From positions 568,492 to 632,491 of the forward strand of contig NW_027192208.1 in the NCBI RefSeq assembly GCF_041956535.1: a stretch of DNA of 64,000 bases, in the 5' to 3' direction. The notes beneath the pieces were generated by a model, which was not told the DNA's origin, searched no databases, and saw nothing but the letters and a program-made list of their open reading frames with translations. The position numbers were made by a program, and so were the translations under genes. Shown here piece by piece: positions 35,977 to 51,597 of the stretch (positions are counted from its first letter, which is position 1; every line of letters begins with the position of its first letter). The stretch is from Calcarisporiella thermophila CBS 279.70 (taxonomy: Eukaryota; Fungi; Calcarisporiellomycota).

Positions 35977-37656
35977 CTTATGATTAATTTTAAGGATCCT
36001 TGGGACTAATAAAAAAGTTCCAGTAAGTTCTCGCTTGCAAATAAACAAGAAATAAATAACGGGTGACGTCAATCGAGTCGCGCTAAAGGGAACTCGACCG
36101 AAAAGGCATAGAAATTGAAGGGTGGAGAAATAGATGAGCCCCTATCGACCCTCTTCCTAGAATCTTGGCCCAATATATCTATGTGTCCATTACGGATCGA
36201 AACAAGGTCCTTCAGAGGAAGTTGATATAAAATGCAAGCTTGTATTTCGTAAATTTTCTAGTGTAAATAAAGGTTGGTATCGTGTATGTAGAATGGCATC
36301 CTTGGGGGGATTATAACCTCAACCCAAGCCCGCCATCAAACTATTGATTTCCCAATGAAATCGTCCTCCTCTTATTCGCCTGTGCAAGCATCAAAAGGCG
36401 CACCTGAGTGCTTGCCATAGTGCTCTCGCTTTCAAGATCGTGGTGATTGTGCTCGGTGCTGCTTCTCCTCTAGGTCCAAAAATTGTCTAGGATTGATATT
36501 AGATGTTAGGACTGATAAAATATCTTCTTTAACTTTCCAAAGAACAAGATCCATCTGCAGATGCAGCAGGAAACAGCAGCATTGTGATGATGCGAGTGGG
36601 ACCTGAGGGGCAGTGAAGAGGGGGTGTTGCTGGAATTGAGAGGATGATCGAGCGCGCAGCAGACCAAACTCGGCCGGCTATGTGTGCCCAAGGATACCCC
36701 CAAATGTTATTTCTAATTCGATCCAGAGTCGGCACGATTTCCGGGATTGAGTGGAAGTCTCGAAAAGTTTGCCATGGCTCTCGGCTCAAACGAGTTCCAA
36801 TTGAATACAATGGCCACCGCAGAAGGCATCGACATGTTCTCCTCTCACTCCCCTCTGCATATCCCCTTGCCGCTCACCATTCTGTTTATAATTTTTAATC
36901 CCATAACACCCCACCCCCCTAAGTTTGTTTGGTTCCCTTCAATACTAAAAGTGCTCAAGCGAAGCTCACGTAGATAAATTAGTTAGATTTGACTGAAAGC
37001 TTTGGACGTATATTTTTAAAGGCAATTCAAAATAGCCACGGCAATAATGCGAGAGAAGGTATGCCTTTTTTCGTCAAAAGGCTTTTCGAAGCTTAGATTG
37101 TACCAGCAACCAAGTGTAGGGATACAGTCACACATACTCGCATTTTCCGCTCTGTTTTGGCCATGTGCCTTTATCCAAACACGATTAGGGACGGATCTAC
37201 TATAACATGATGGTGTAAGGGCTCGCCCAACTTGGACATCCGATCTTGTTTACACGGAAACAGATGGGTCAGCAATGTTAATTTCATACACAAGAGCAGA
37301 ATTGGACTCCGAAGCAGGATGGGAGACGAAAATTCTACAGCTGCCTTGTTAACTCTTGAAGGGACTACAAGACACTACGGTCTTTCAACCTTTTATTTAT
37401 TACTCGTCGACACTTTCAACCGTGTTTACCAGCCTTCCCCAAATAAGCCTTGCCAAATGCTCAGTCAAAAGCACTCTCAGCCAATGGGGAGGAAGTATGA
37501 GTTAACTATTATCAGAGCACAGAACTTTGTGCATCCGGGAGACACCAAGCTAAGTTTTGAGTGAAGACTTTAAATATGGCTCGGGGTTCAGCCGTTGCTC
37601 TGTTCGGATTTCCCCCTTATTTACTCTCCTTGATTGTATTTGAAAATTCGGCTTAA

Positions 37657-40442
37657 ATGATGGAGCTTCAGAGCGCTCGAAGATTGACGCGCAAAGGCCG
37701 CTTGGCCATAGTGTCCATGCTAGCGCTTTCAGCACTCTCTGGGGTCGAGGCAAGGGCCATTCCTGTGCTGCAGCCGCGTCAGGCGCCACAAGTAATGACG
37801 TGTTTTATTTGGAAAGGAGCTGGATGGTTGTGTTAAGACGCCAATAACTTCTCTTTTTCAAGCCCCCAGTATGTGATTCTCCACAGTGCCAGGAGCTTGC
37901 GGCCATCTACAAGACTTACATGGATCCGGCAGTGAATCCTTGTGAAGACTTTTACAATTTTACCTGTAGTTACCATGCAATTCATGCTCACCTGTGTGCC
38001 CAGAAATACTAATTTCTACTTTTTATTTGCTCCATGGTTAGGTGGCGGCTTCATGAAATCGGCCTCACGAAATCTTACTGTCCTAAAGCCCTTTAATTCA
38101 TATTTCGTGAATACCAACGATGTGAGAGCATTACATCTGACCTTCTCTCCCCCCCTGATTTAGTATACTAACCGACACGATTGCTTCCTCTATAAAGAAA
38201 TTCATCTCTGATCTGGTGACGGGGAGATTTAATCCCACAAACCCAGTTACCGGGTGGCCGGGAGTCACCATAGACAAGGCGGACGAGGAGTTGCTTGGAA
38301 AACTGCGCGGTTTCTTCACCGCCTGTGTGAGTGGCTCGCGAAAGGAGAAAGGCATTGGGCCGCTTATACCCATCCTCCAACCTCTTACCGATGGCCCGCT
38401 CGAAAATAGCCCCGATATTCTTGGGACCCTCTTTGGAAGGGCGTTTGCAGAGGCTCGTATTTTCGCCTTCTATGGGTTGGATCCGGCCGTTGATTTCACG
38501 ACAGGGAATATCATGCTTGCAGTTACTATGCCTAGAATGAGGATCGACTTCTCATTGCCGGGAGTTGAAAATTCATTGATGGGGATCCTAGAGGAGGATT
38601 TCAAAGAGATGCAGAAACTCCTTCCTTCGCTTTCACAAACTGATCCATCGGCTGCCGCAAAAGAGGTCTTTGCACTGATGAAAAAGCTGATGCCCATCTT
38701 CCTTTCCCTGTAAGTAAATTCCTCCCAAGTGTATTTGAGAAATGGCCAACCTAATCGAATCCCGTCTATCTTAGCCCGTTACGGCCCAAAGAGGTTGACG
38801 TGTTCCACCCAATGACCCTAGCAGAACTCTCGGCTCTTGCTCCTGGCGTAAACTGGGAAAATTTCCTCAAGGCCTATTTACCCCCTTCGGACGCGCTGCC
38901 CTCGAAAATTAACGTCCCATTCCCCGATCAGGTGCGCGCAGTCTCCTCGGTGGTGACCAGCTCCTCTCCTCTTGCCATCCGGTACTTTATGATATGGAGA
39001 ACCAGGAGGAAGTTTCCAAGTGCCTTTTCTTCACTCTCTCTTGGGGAAGAATCCTGCATAGAATTGGCCGATATGGCACTGCCACAGATATCCGGACGAT
39101 ACTACGTTCTCTACAATTCAAACAATGAGACCCGCACCGAGGTGTTTTCGGCCATCTCATTGCTTCAGCAAAGCTTTTTGGAACGCCTCAGTCAAATTAC
39201 TTGGCTGGATGAGGGAACACGCAAGAATGCGGCTGATAAGGTACGGCGTCCTAATTCAACGCTCCTTGGTAATGGCGCTGGCTATGATATATTAACAAGA
39301 CCATTCTCTCTACAGCTTAGTAAAATGAAGGAAACCGCCGTGATCTCCGAGCACGATCCCGAGACCCTCTCCGCCCAAAACATTGCACAGTTTTACTCTA
39401 GTTTCAATATTACCAACAACTTCATAACCAATGTGGTCAACCTGCAGAAATTTAATAACCACCTTGTTTTGTCCATGCTTGGAAAGCCACAGGATCCCCT
39501 TTCTTGGAAACTAATTCCGAGCTTGCACATATTAAACGCATTTTACTCCTTTGATACCAATTCAATCGCCGTTTTAGCTGGTAAATACTATAGCTTGGTT
39601 TGCTTTTCCGTTTTTATGTATATGGCTCAATCCAATCGAACTAGATACGATGAAGCATCCTCTATACGATCCCGCCTACCCCGAATACATAAAATTTGGC
39701 GGACCTTATTCAGTCTTGGGCCATGAAATCACGGTACGATGAGCCATATTCCTCCAAGGATTGTATTTTGTGTCCATTCCACTGACGTTAATTTTTTTTG
39801 TCTCGTCCATTTCAGCATGGTTATGATAACTATGGTAGACTATTCGATGGAGCAGGCCATTACTATAACTGGTGGTCCAACGAAGCAGTGGCTGCCTACA
39901 ACGAGAGGGCGAAATGTTTTATTGATCAGGTGCGTGGCTTTATTCCTTCCTCTACTTTCTTAACCCTTCTGTTACTGATGAGTGCTCTTATCACACAGTA
40001 CAATGAATATCCTATTGGAACGCTTAACAACCGAGTTTACAAGATCAATGGCACGGCCACCCTTGGCGAAAACATTGCAGACAACGGAGGGGTTGCTAGA
40101 TCCTATGACGCTTGGCAGAAACGATTCCAATTGGGCCAGGTGAATAACCGTGCACTTCCAGGGCTGGAAAAGTACACTCCACAGCAAATGTTCTTTATTG
40201 CTTACGGACATATGTTCTGTGAAGCATATATCCCGGAAGATGGGATCATGAGGGTAGGCAATTTGCCAGTTAAACATCGATCACACTACCTCTAACTCTC
40301 TCCTCTTGATGGGTTGACACAGTACTCTATCGATGAACATAGTCCTAACCAGTGGCGAATTCGCGGTGTGATGAGGAATAGCGCCGAATTTGCTCAAGCA
40401 TTTAATTGTCCAGCTACTCAGAATCGTTGCGAAATTTGGTGA
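37657..40442 (+). CDS. Peptidase family M13 (neprilysin/endothelin-converting enzyme-like) zinc metallopeptidase, probably secreted; multi-exon
   Basis: N-terminal hydrophobic leader; MDPAVNPCEDFYNFTC|GGF; NAFY; HEIT|HGYD (HExxH split by an intron); TLGENIADNGG; HSPNQWRIRGVMRNSAEFAQAFNCP..CEIW*. Confidence 0.92.
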
Positions 40443-40642
40443 TTGAGCTTGGGGGACGATCTCTTTTTTTTTTTTTATCTACCTGTGTATCCGCTCAATT
40501 CGTGTTTCGTTCCTTCTTTTGATGATACCATCACTTTGGCTAGACTTCTCTTTCCGAAATATAATCGTAATCTAATTTCATAGAATAGGCTCAATGCAAC
40601 AGAACACTTTCTTACCTCCCTCAAGCATGTTAAGGTCCACTG

Positions 40643-40684
40643 AAGTTGGCTCCGCCAGGCTAGCTAGGCTGGCGGAGCCTACTT
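40643..40684. repeat. Near-perfect GC-rich palindrome
   Basis: GGCTCCGCCAGGCTAG|CTAGGCTGGCGGAGCC (one mismatch), flanked by AAGT/ACTT. Confidence 0.8.
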
Positions 40685-41608
40685 TAAATAAGAAGTATGG
40701 TCATCTCAGCTATGAAAATCTTTCATCTTCATCGTGGGAAACAATTTTTATTTGTATAGATTCAGGAACTAGGCAAACTACCTGGCCGCTAAGGTCGAGG
40801 AAATGAGCCAAGGCGAGAACATGCATTCAATACTTATATTCGTTGGAGCCAGCGCGCGTGCGAATCTTCCTAATGCAAGCGATGAAAACCGTTAAACGCG
40901 TACTTAAATACTCATGAAAATCGCACACAAAAGATCCTCAGTCGAGTTCATTTTGATCTCACTAGCCACCGCACCAACAACTCTTCAAACTCTCCCACTC
41001 CTCACTATACGCGCGTATCCACACTGGACCTCCACATCACAACATGAGAACCAGTAGACCATAGCTCACGCGTAAGATAGATCTATCTCCAAATACAAAT
41101 TCTCCTATCCTTCTCGATCTCGCGAAGGTAAGAAGAGGATGGAGAACACTGTGTGACACCAGTAGGCAAATCTGTAGTGCTCAGCTTGAACAACACAGCT
41201 TCCAATGCTAGGCCAAGAGTTGATCTATTTTGAGCACTGTAATCTAATCTTTCGTCCACTAAAGAAACAAAGGCGTCGAGGAAGTGGTCCAATGCTAAGA
41301 TTCTCCCTCGTGCAGTGGCGATTCAGGGAGGGTGGAGAGCAGAAGAGTTGCTGTAGATGTGGGTAGCATTCGAACCTTTTACTGAAGCATCATGGGATCT
41401 TAAGTGTGGATTAGTCGATATCGAGCGTCGCTTACCTCCTTGTTGGGGTTTTATGAAAAACGTGTTCAGGGAGAAATTAAGACTGTTAAAGAGGGGCATG
41501 AGCTGATTGGATGGATATTCATCATAAACTTTAAGTAAGCAGTCATACGATAGCAGCTTCATCTCAACCTCAGCATCCTTCGCAATTTGTCAGCTCGATC
41601 CCAGCAAA

Positions 41609-42502
41609 ATGTCTTTCACCCACGTCAAAATTGCTGTCATTGGCGGTACCGGCCTCTACAATGTGGACCATCTCAAAGTAGTGGGTGAGGTTTTCCCGGA
41701 CACTCCTTGGGGCAAGCCGAGCGATGCCATTACCATTGCAGAGACCCCCTCCGGCACGCAAATCGCCTTTCTCGCCCGCCACGGCCGAGGCCACTTCCTC
41801 AGCCCTAGCGAGATCCCAGTACGGGCCAACATTGCCGCCCTGAAGCATTTGGGAGTCGAGATTATCATCGCATTCAGCGCGGTTGGCTCGCTGCGCGAGG
41901 AGATCAAGCCAAGAGACTTTGTTCTGCCCTCGACCATTGTGGACCGCACCAAGGCTCGCCCCTCCACCTTCTTTGAAAATGGCGTGGTGGCTCATGCCAT
42001 GTTCGCAGACCCATTCCACCTGCCTCTCGCCGATCTCATCTGGAAGCAGCGTCAGGTGATTACCGAATCAGGGGTCGACTTCCACCGGGACAAGTCCTTG
42101 GTGTGCATCGAGGGGCCTGCCTTCTCCACCCGCGGCGAGTCTCACATGTATCGGGCTTGGGGATGCGATATCATCAACATGTCGGTGGTCCCTGAGGCTA
42201 AATTGGCTCGGGAGGCGGAGATTGCTTATCAGATGATCTGCATGTCCACCGACTACGACTGCTGGCGCGAGGATGAGGAGGCCGTCACCGTGGAGGCCGT
42301 GGTGCAGAATCTGACTTGTAACGCTGATAATGCGAAGAAATTGCTGCTGGCCCTGCTCCCTGAGCTGGAATCCATGGCGGTAAGCGGAAGTGCGGTCGAG
42401 GGATTGAAAGGAAGCATGAAATTTGCCTGTGTCACGGCCCCGAACAAACGGAACCCGGAGCAGGTTGCCAAACTGAACTATATCCTGCCGGGCTACTACT
42501 AA
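41609..42502 (+). CDS. MEU1: S-methyl-5'-thioadenosine phosphorylase (methionine salvage), intronless
   Basis: IAVIGGTGLY; TPWGKPSD; FLARHGRGH; FSAVGSLREEI; CIEGPAFSTRGES; INMSVVPEAKLAREAEIAY; MSTDYDCW. Confidence 0.97.
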   Translation: MSFTHVKIAVIGGTGLYNVDHLKVVGEVFPDTPWGKPSDAITIAETPSGTQIAFLARHGRGHFLSPSEIPVRANIAALKHLGVEIIIAFSAVGSLREEIKPRDFVLPSTIVDRTKARPSTFFENGVVAHAMFADPFHLPLADLIWKQRQVITESGVDFHRDKSLVCIEGPAFSTRGESHMYRAWGCDIINMSVVPEAKLAREAEIAYQMICMSTDYDCWREDEEAVTVEAVVQNLTCNADNAKKLLLALLPELESMAVSGSAVEGLKGSMKFACVTAPNKRNPEQVAKLNYILPGYY

Positions 42503-43101
42503 AGGCCCATTGCCTGGTATTTAATGCAATATCCGTTGTACTAGAAGATAGAATAGAATGTGTGTGATCATGTTTCAAAAATGCTTGTTGTAATAGAGGG
42601 CGGCCTTCTATCTGATCTAGAAAACAATATTTGTTTTGTTGTATTGTTTCTATATTGGTTCTAGATGTGCCTAAATATACATATCTATCTATATATTCGT
42701 ATAGAATGCTCCGTTCTATCGTCTTATCCATTGGTAATCAAATTTTCGGTGATCACTCAAATATGAAAACAGCCATACAATTTCCATGGGACATTTATAT
42801 GCTTGAGCATTGTAGATACGATGATTACGTTGGGCTCTCACACAAGGTTTCCAGCGGTGTCTTCGTATTTCTACACAAGATCCTTTATTCTACGGGATAT
42901 AGACGAGTCCTTTTATATCTAAGAAATTGAGACCAAAAAACATGGGGGGCCTATGTTTGTTAATATAAGCTTATATATTTCATGTGGATTTCCACTCTCC
43001 TATATTTCTAACCACGTCCCCTGCCCATTTAGTGACAGTATATGGATATGGAAGGCAAGTGATGTTATAATACAAAGAGAATATAATTCTGGGTCGGTAG
43101 T

Positions 43102-43915
43102 TCACTGGTTGGAGCCTGCAAACTCTTTCTGCATCATCTCCATTACTATAGCATTGCACATCTTTGCGTAAGGATTCTCCGCCACGGCCGCGGTCTACAG
43201 ATGTAGAATAAGGGGATCAGAAAAATGAATATGAACTCCCGAATGGTACAAAGAGGAGCCCTACCTTAGCAATAGGATTGCCCAGCTTCGCTCCTATCTC
43301 AAAATCTGCTAGTGCACCCTCTGCGTCTCCTTGCATCTTACGAATGATGGCACGTTGGGTGTAGGCCTTGATAAAGGAGATACAAAATAAAGAATTAACA
43401 AACAAGAAAAGAAAACCGGCCCACGCCCTCTACTCTACCTGCTTTAGGACCTTTGTCTGGCCATGGCCAACCTCGATGGCTTGGTTCAGGTCCACCAAGG
43501 CTTTATCTAAATCTCCCATTAGTCTATACAATTGTGCACGATTGTTCAGTCCGCTCGCATACACTCCACCCGATTTATCGATGATCTCGGTGAAGATCCG
43601 CAGCGCATCCTCGGTGCGATCGGCCTCTGCGAGTTGAACAGCCTCGGCCTCACGTTGCTTGAGGGAGGCAATGAGCTCTGGGGAGAGATTAGGGGTAGCC
43701 TCTTCTGTGGGGACCTCGGGCTCTGCGGGGAGTGAGGCATGGGTCTCAGGGATAAATGATTTGGCCTCTACATTCATTCCATTCATGGTCTAGCAAGATA
43801 CGAACCAAGATATAAGGAGTAGCCAATTACCTGGATTAAAAACGGCCTCGAGGACTTTGAGATCGCGCTCAGACACCTGCGGATTTTCTTGATGCTGATG
43901 GCTAATTTCGGGCAT
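43102..43915 (-). CDS. TPR protein, TTC36-like; multi-exon
   Basis: SERDLKVLEAVFNP; YASGLNNRAQLYRL; QAYTQRAII; DFEIGAKLGNPIAK; ENPYAKMCNAIVMEMM. Confidence 0.88.
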
Positions 43916-44083
43916 TGTGGATTACCGGTCCAATTATTCTAGTTTAATATTTATCAGAGGTAAAAGGGGAATCGGCAGCAGATTTATAAATTATTCGAAA
44001 GCGTGGGAATGGGGCCGTCGAATTGATATCAGTTCCGAAGTTCGAATTGAATGAACCACAAAATCTGATGATAGCGTGCATGC

Positions 44084-44134
<51 letters not shown>

Positions 44135-44135
44135 T
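44084..44135. repeat. (TTTA)n microsatellite
   Basis: About 13 perfect TTTA/TATT units; explains the YLFI repeats in the spurious ORF 44023-44664. Confidence 0.95.
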
Positions 44136-44315
44136 ATTTGTCGGTGTTCTGGGGCATGCTACTAGAAATATCACGCTATATCAGATTGCGTGCGTCAGGC
44201 CGAGCAAAAATTCAAGATCGGGGAAAATGGTGGGATATACGGTTCACTATAGAATTGGATCATGGTCAACCCTCTGCGACGATGCATATGGTGGCAAACA
44301 AGAGAAAGAGTGGGT

Positions 44316-44857
44316 TCAACCTACCCCAGTTCTCAGAATCAAATGCACCCCACTATCTGTCCACACTGGCTCGCTCATTTCTCCAACACGTAAACCAAAG
44401 GCGGCCTCCTCGAACGGGGGCTGCATCTGCCCGCGGGAGAAATATCCAAGATCCCCACCGTGCTTTGCTGAGGAGCAGTCACTTTCTGTCTTGGCTAGCT
44501 CTGCAAATGAGATCTCACCTGCCTTAATTCGCCGCTCATGCTCCCTCAGAATGGCAATGGCTTCGTCCGGCGATCGGGTGATATTCTCCTCACGCCAGGA
44601 AGAAGGGCGACGACTCTCACGGTGCTTGACGAGAAGGTGGCTTGCACGGACCTTGTCCGGTTGATGGTCGGTGGAGGAGGGGTCCGATTCCGGTCGGTTC
44701 CACTGCGATTGGCCCGTCGCTCGATTGAAGTAGTAGGGCATGTCACGCGTTTTGGAGTGGCGGATTTCCCAGTTGGGGGGTAGATTTTGATCCTTCAAAG
44801 ATCAGATTAGTGGATGCTTAGGTATAAAATCGCGTAGCAGACTTTATCCATTACCAT
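44316..44857 (-). CDS. ESS1: Parvulin-type peptidyl-prolyl isomerase with WW domain (Ess1/Pin1)
   Basis: ATG-only first exon at 44857, then intron. WW domain [31 protein letters not shown]; PPIase [43 protein letters not shown]. The stop may instead be at 44244 via a terminal intron. Confidence 0.96.
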
Positions 44858-45114
44858 GATCGACCTAGCTAATGTTAACGATGGGTCGCGATCGGATTGA
44901 AGGCGCGAAAAACCCGATCTAAATGCAAGATAAGTGGGTTGAGGGCGGGCAATTTGTAGGTTTTCATTGGATTCAACCACGGCAGTACAGTGTATATATT
45001 ACAGAAAGTGAAAGATATAAAAGCGAATCGAATAACAGTGTAAAACAGATAAATAAGAAAATTCATAACACAATCTCCGAAATATATCGAAGAAAGCCAG
45101 GTTTGGTCAACCCT

Positions 45115-46287
45115 CTAATCTACGTGCATCCTTTCGTGCTTCCACTTAGACATCCACGCCGAAAACGCTACGATCACACAGATCGAGAGTATGGCAATAT
45201 TCCAAATGAATCCAAGCATGTCTAGCAGCGTTCCGACCTTGGACGGGACTCCAGGCATAGTTTTACGCACGGAGGGAAGTGCAAAGAGAAGTGCAGCTAG
45301 AACAGCGACGTCCTCGAGAGCAGACTATAGGTCATACAAAAAAAAAGTAAGCGGTAGGCAAGAAGGAGACAAAATGGTGAGAGAGGGGGGAATAGACTTA
45401 CCACACGCCCAAAGATCACGATCTGATACGAGACTACGGCCGCCACCAGAGTAATCAACCACTAATGCAATTGTGTATGAATAAATGCATTCCAAGATCC
45501 ATAGAGGTGCTGCTAAGAAGAGCTCACCATTAATACTGCAATAAAGATACTAAACCACTTGGTGAAAGTGGTCTGTTTGACTTTGATGGTCAACTCAACC
45601 CAAAACTCGTTCTGTTCTGGCGAGGAATTCTTAGTATCCGACGACTCCTCCGCTTGGAATCGAAAAGACTGTTGCACGCTTGTAATGTTAATATCCACGG
45701 GAAGAAAGACAAAGTCACCAGCGGTGTTGATAGCGTAGGCGGCTTCGATATAGGTGAGCTCGTACTTATCGTAAGGATAGTTAGAAGAAGTTCCGTTATC
45801 AAAGCCCGCCTCTTGGTCAATGCCAAGTATCGGAAATGTGGAATTTAAAATGATAATATTGCCATTAATGATTATGTGGAGATTTGGAATCAAGCTGTTC
45901 GCTTGTAGTAGCTTGAACAAATCAGGATCGGCTATTCCGATATGCTTCATCTTTGATGGTTATGGTTTAAATAAGAGTTTACACAAAGGTTCTGTCATGG
46001 CCGTCATCCCTATTTACCTTGAGAATGCTCTTCTCCAAATCCGCGAAATAGACCGTAGTATGGAGCTGGGGGACCAACATAGGGGTGTTGATTATGCCAA
46101 GTTTGCCCTCTGTCCTGCTCGAGACATTAAAGCTGTACTTTTCAAGATTCAGCTCGCTCTCCTCTCTGAACTTATAGTAGGTCACTCCGATGGCAGCCCC
46201 CAGACAAATGAGCATCAAGAGAGGAATCCCAAATCGGATGATCCAGAGACGGGTCCGTTTGCCGAGGGTGCGCTTGAAGGGTCGCAT
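45115..46287 (-). CDS. DUF4436-like multi-pass membrane protein, paralog 1; multi-exon
   Basis: N-terminal TM; YPYDKY; C-terminal TMs with LLFALPSVRKTMPGVPSKVGTLLDMLGFIWNIAIL. Confidence 0.75.
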
Positions 46288-46691
46288 AGCGCCTGAACGG
46301 GATGCAATAAAACAGCAGCAGAGAAAACACTAGCTCGTCACCCTAGGGAAGATTCAAAACCTGTGGAACCTAGGAATTTCTCTTTGCCTTCGATCGATTA
46401 GGTGCGCTTTCCTTTTTGCCTCGATAAATTTTAGGCACAGACTGTACAGGCTGCGGGCTCGAGGGCTTAGCCTTGTTCAAAGTTACAAGTACCATTCATG
46501 CACGAGGGAGAAAAGTCCAAGAGAGAAACAGTGTAATGCGGAAGATTGGAAAAATATAAAAGACGTAATAAATAGTGGTGTTAATAGAGTGCCGTAATTA
46601 ATGAGACTCCATCTCCACTAGCGGCACAAAGACAAAAGATTGGCGCGTGCTAAGGTGGAATTAACGGGCATGCTCACAACAAAAAGGAGAT

Positions 46692-47806
46692 CTAAGCCTT
46701 CGTCAGGACTCCAGACTCTCTCCTCTCCTCCCCCATATAATCCTGGATGATCTCGCTAGAGTTGATTTCGCGCGCTTGTCTCCGCTTCTCTTTCTTGTAT
46801 CGCACCAACCATGTGCTAAACGAGACTACAACACAGAGCGAGAGGATGGCAATGTTCCAGATAAAGCCAAGCACATCCATATGCGTACCGACATCCTTCG
46901 GTACGCCGGGCATAGTTTGTCGGATGGAAGGAAGCGCGAAAAGGAGGGCCGAGGGAACAGCGACGTCTTCGAGAGAACACTAATGAAGAGAGGAAAGAAA
47001 GAGAAAAGTAGATCAATACCAAAGGCTTAAGAACATAAGAAAAACAAGACATTTACAGATCGCTGATATACTACGATCTGATAAGTGACGCTCGCAGCCA
47101 GTAGCGCAATCAACCACATCAAAACGGAGAGAAATATCGAAAACCATTTTACGAATTGAGTCTGTGCTACGTGTATCAGTAGCAAATATCCCACCTCCAG
47201 CTGGTTCTCCACCATTGTGTTCACCAATTGCACATTGAAGCGATAGTCATGCTGAACACTCCCAACCTGAACTACAATTGGCATTGGAGTAAGAGGGTAA
47301 ATCTCGGTACCATTGTTCTTCTCTCCAAAACCTTCTATTATAATATGCAAATCGAATCCGTCGAATGGATAGAGCGCTGTGTCGCCGCTCTCAAACTCAA
47401 GCTCTAAATCCTTGGCGATGGTGGGGGCACGCTGGTTCAATTCTATGACGTCCCCGTTGATAAGTATGCGTGCATTTCTTGTCAGATTGTTGGCCACCAC
47501 AAAATCACGGAATCCGGGGGCAATGTAGGCATTCCCTTTCGTTTTTAATATTGACTTCTCCAAATCGATATAGATCACCTTCAAGTATAACCCTAATGCA
47601 TATTGTCTGGAGAGCTGGTCAAATTCCTCGACACTCGATATGTCCTGAAACGTGATGAAGTTTTGGTCTTTTTCTGCATCCTTATTATTTTCCACAATGG
47701 TGATCGAGATTGCAGCACCAATTGCAAGAACAAGTAGGATGGGAATCGCAATACGATAGAAACTTGTTCTGCTGGAGTTGGAGTGCTGATGAAAGGGTCT
47801 AATCAT
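46692..47806 (-). CDS. DUF4436-like multi-pass membrane protein, paralog 2
   Basis: YPFDGF; QTQFVKWFSIFLSVLMWLI; LLFALPSIRQTMPGVPKDVGTHMDVLGFIWNIAIL; collinear with 45115-46287. Confidence 0.75.
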
Positions 47807-48714
47807 GGCTACGTGCTTCCTCAGTCCCAGTCCGTCATGCGGACATTGCTGCAAGGCGAATGTTTAAAGGTGTCAGATAGTGATCGGGTCAATGGAATGG
47901 AGGACGAATGGATGCCCTAGGGGCGACCCTAGATATTGTTTTTCGACCTTAGGACTGAGTTGATTTGCTTAAGACCCGGGAAAGAGACAGGGATAGAGCG
48001 TGCTAGTGAAACCCACGGAGGGCAAAAACTGGAACATGCTACTTGTTTTGGGACATTAGCAATCCAAGCACGTCCAGCGTACTAGGAATATTCGACCGAG
48101 AAGCTCTATGTGCGATAGAGCGCTCGCCAGTAGCTGATCCCCAGCGGAGCTCTGCTCTTGTGCTTGTCTGCGCTCGTCTGCGTTCGGTGCTCTTATAGGT
48201 TCTGAATACGGGGGAGGATTCGTCGAGTGGTGTCTGCAAGGCTGCTAATGCCAAGGCTTGGTTATAGAAAGTGCACCCGTAGTCACAAGGACGCCTCTAG
48301 TTTTGTAGCAGTACTGCCTTGAAGTGTACTCCGCTTGGGTGGAAATGCGCCAGAAACCATTCTCGTCCATGTTAGCAATCGAGCTTGTTTCATTCGTCAT
48401 GAATCCGAGTGCCCTCCGATTCCCCGACATAGGCTGCTGTGCTCGATAAGGAAATGCTTATGAACGCATGGTCCATCTTCGTGAAATATCTTTGAGTATT
48501 ATAAAATAGAAATAGAGAAAAACAGCAAATGAAGGAGAAAGAAGAGACAAAAACGTGAAATATTTTAAAACTACAAACGCTCAGCAGGTGAACAAGGAGA
48601 GCCACTTGTCCTTGAATATATATATATATCAAGTGATAGCATTGTATAAAAATAGAAATAAAAAATAGGTCTACTTCAAATATAAGTGCGGGAAAGTGAG
48701 AGTGCGAATCCCGA

Positions 48715-51481
<2,767 letters not shown>

Positions 51482-51597
51482 CGCATTTGTTATTTGTTAT
51501 TCTCTAATCCTGATATTAAGGAGAGAAAAAAGGGGAAGAGCTGAGTTTCAATTCTGCTACAAGGTTTTTCAAAGAAAAACCGTTCTTAACGCATGAA

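Noticed and set aside
36500-36980. Short overlapping ORFs between CCT5 and the M13 gene, including a minus-strand MSMPSAV... start resembling the MPSAV start of the Sfp1-like gene
   Set aside because: The similarity covers only five residues, there are no motifs or convincing splice structure, and chance cannot be excluded.
41083-41562. Two minus-strand ORFs divergent from MEU1 with a possible GTAAGC intron
   Set aside because: The obvious splice leads to an immediate stop and no family is recognisable; at best a decayed or orphan gene.
31410-42502. MET30 and MEU1 as a sulfur/methionine gene cluster (likewise PEX3/PEX7/FIS1 as a peroxisome cluster)
   Set aside because: The genes are separated by unrelated genes, I saw no shared CACGTG-type motifs, and chance co-location is adequate.
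44023-44664. 213-aa + strand ORF with YLFI repeats
   Set aside because: The repeat is a (TTTA)n microsatellite and the rest is antisense to ESS1.
44316-44857. ESS1/Pin1 (pS/T-P isomerase) as a dedicated partner of the TP-containing micropeptides
   Set aside because: It is a universal housekeeping gene 15 kb away; proximity alone is not evidence.
48039-48632. Short ORFs between DUF4436 paralog 2 and STE20
   Set aside because: No recognisable domains or consistent exon structure.
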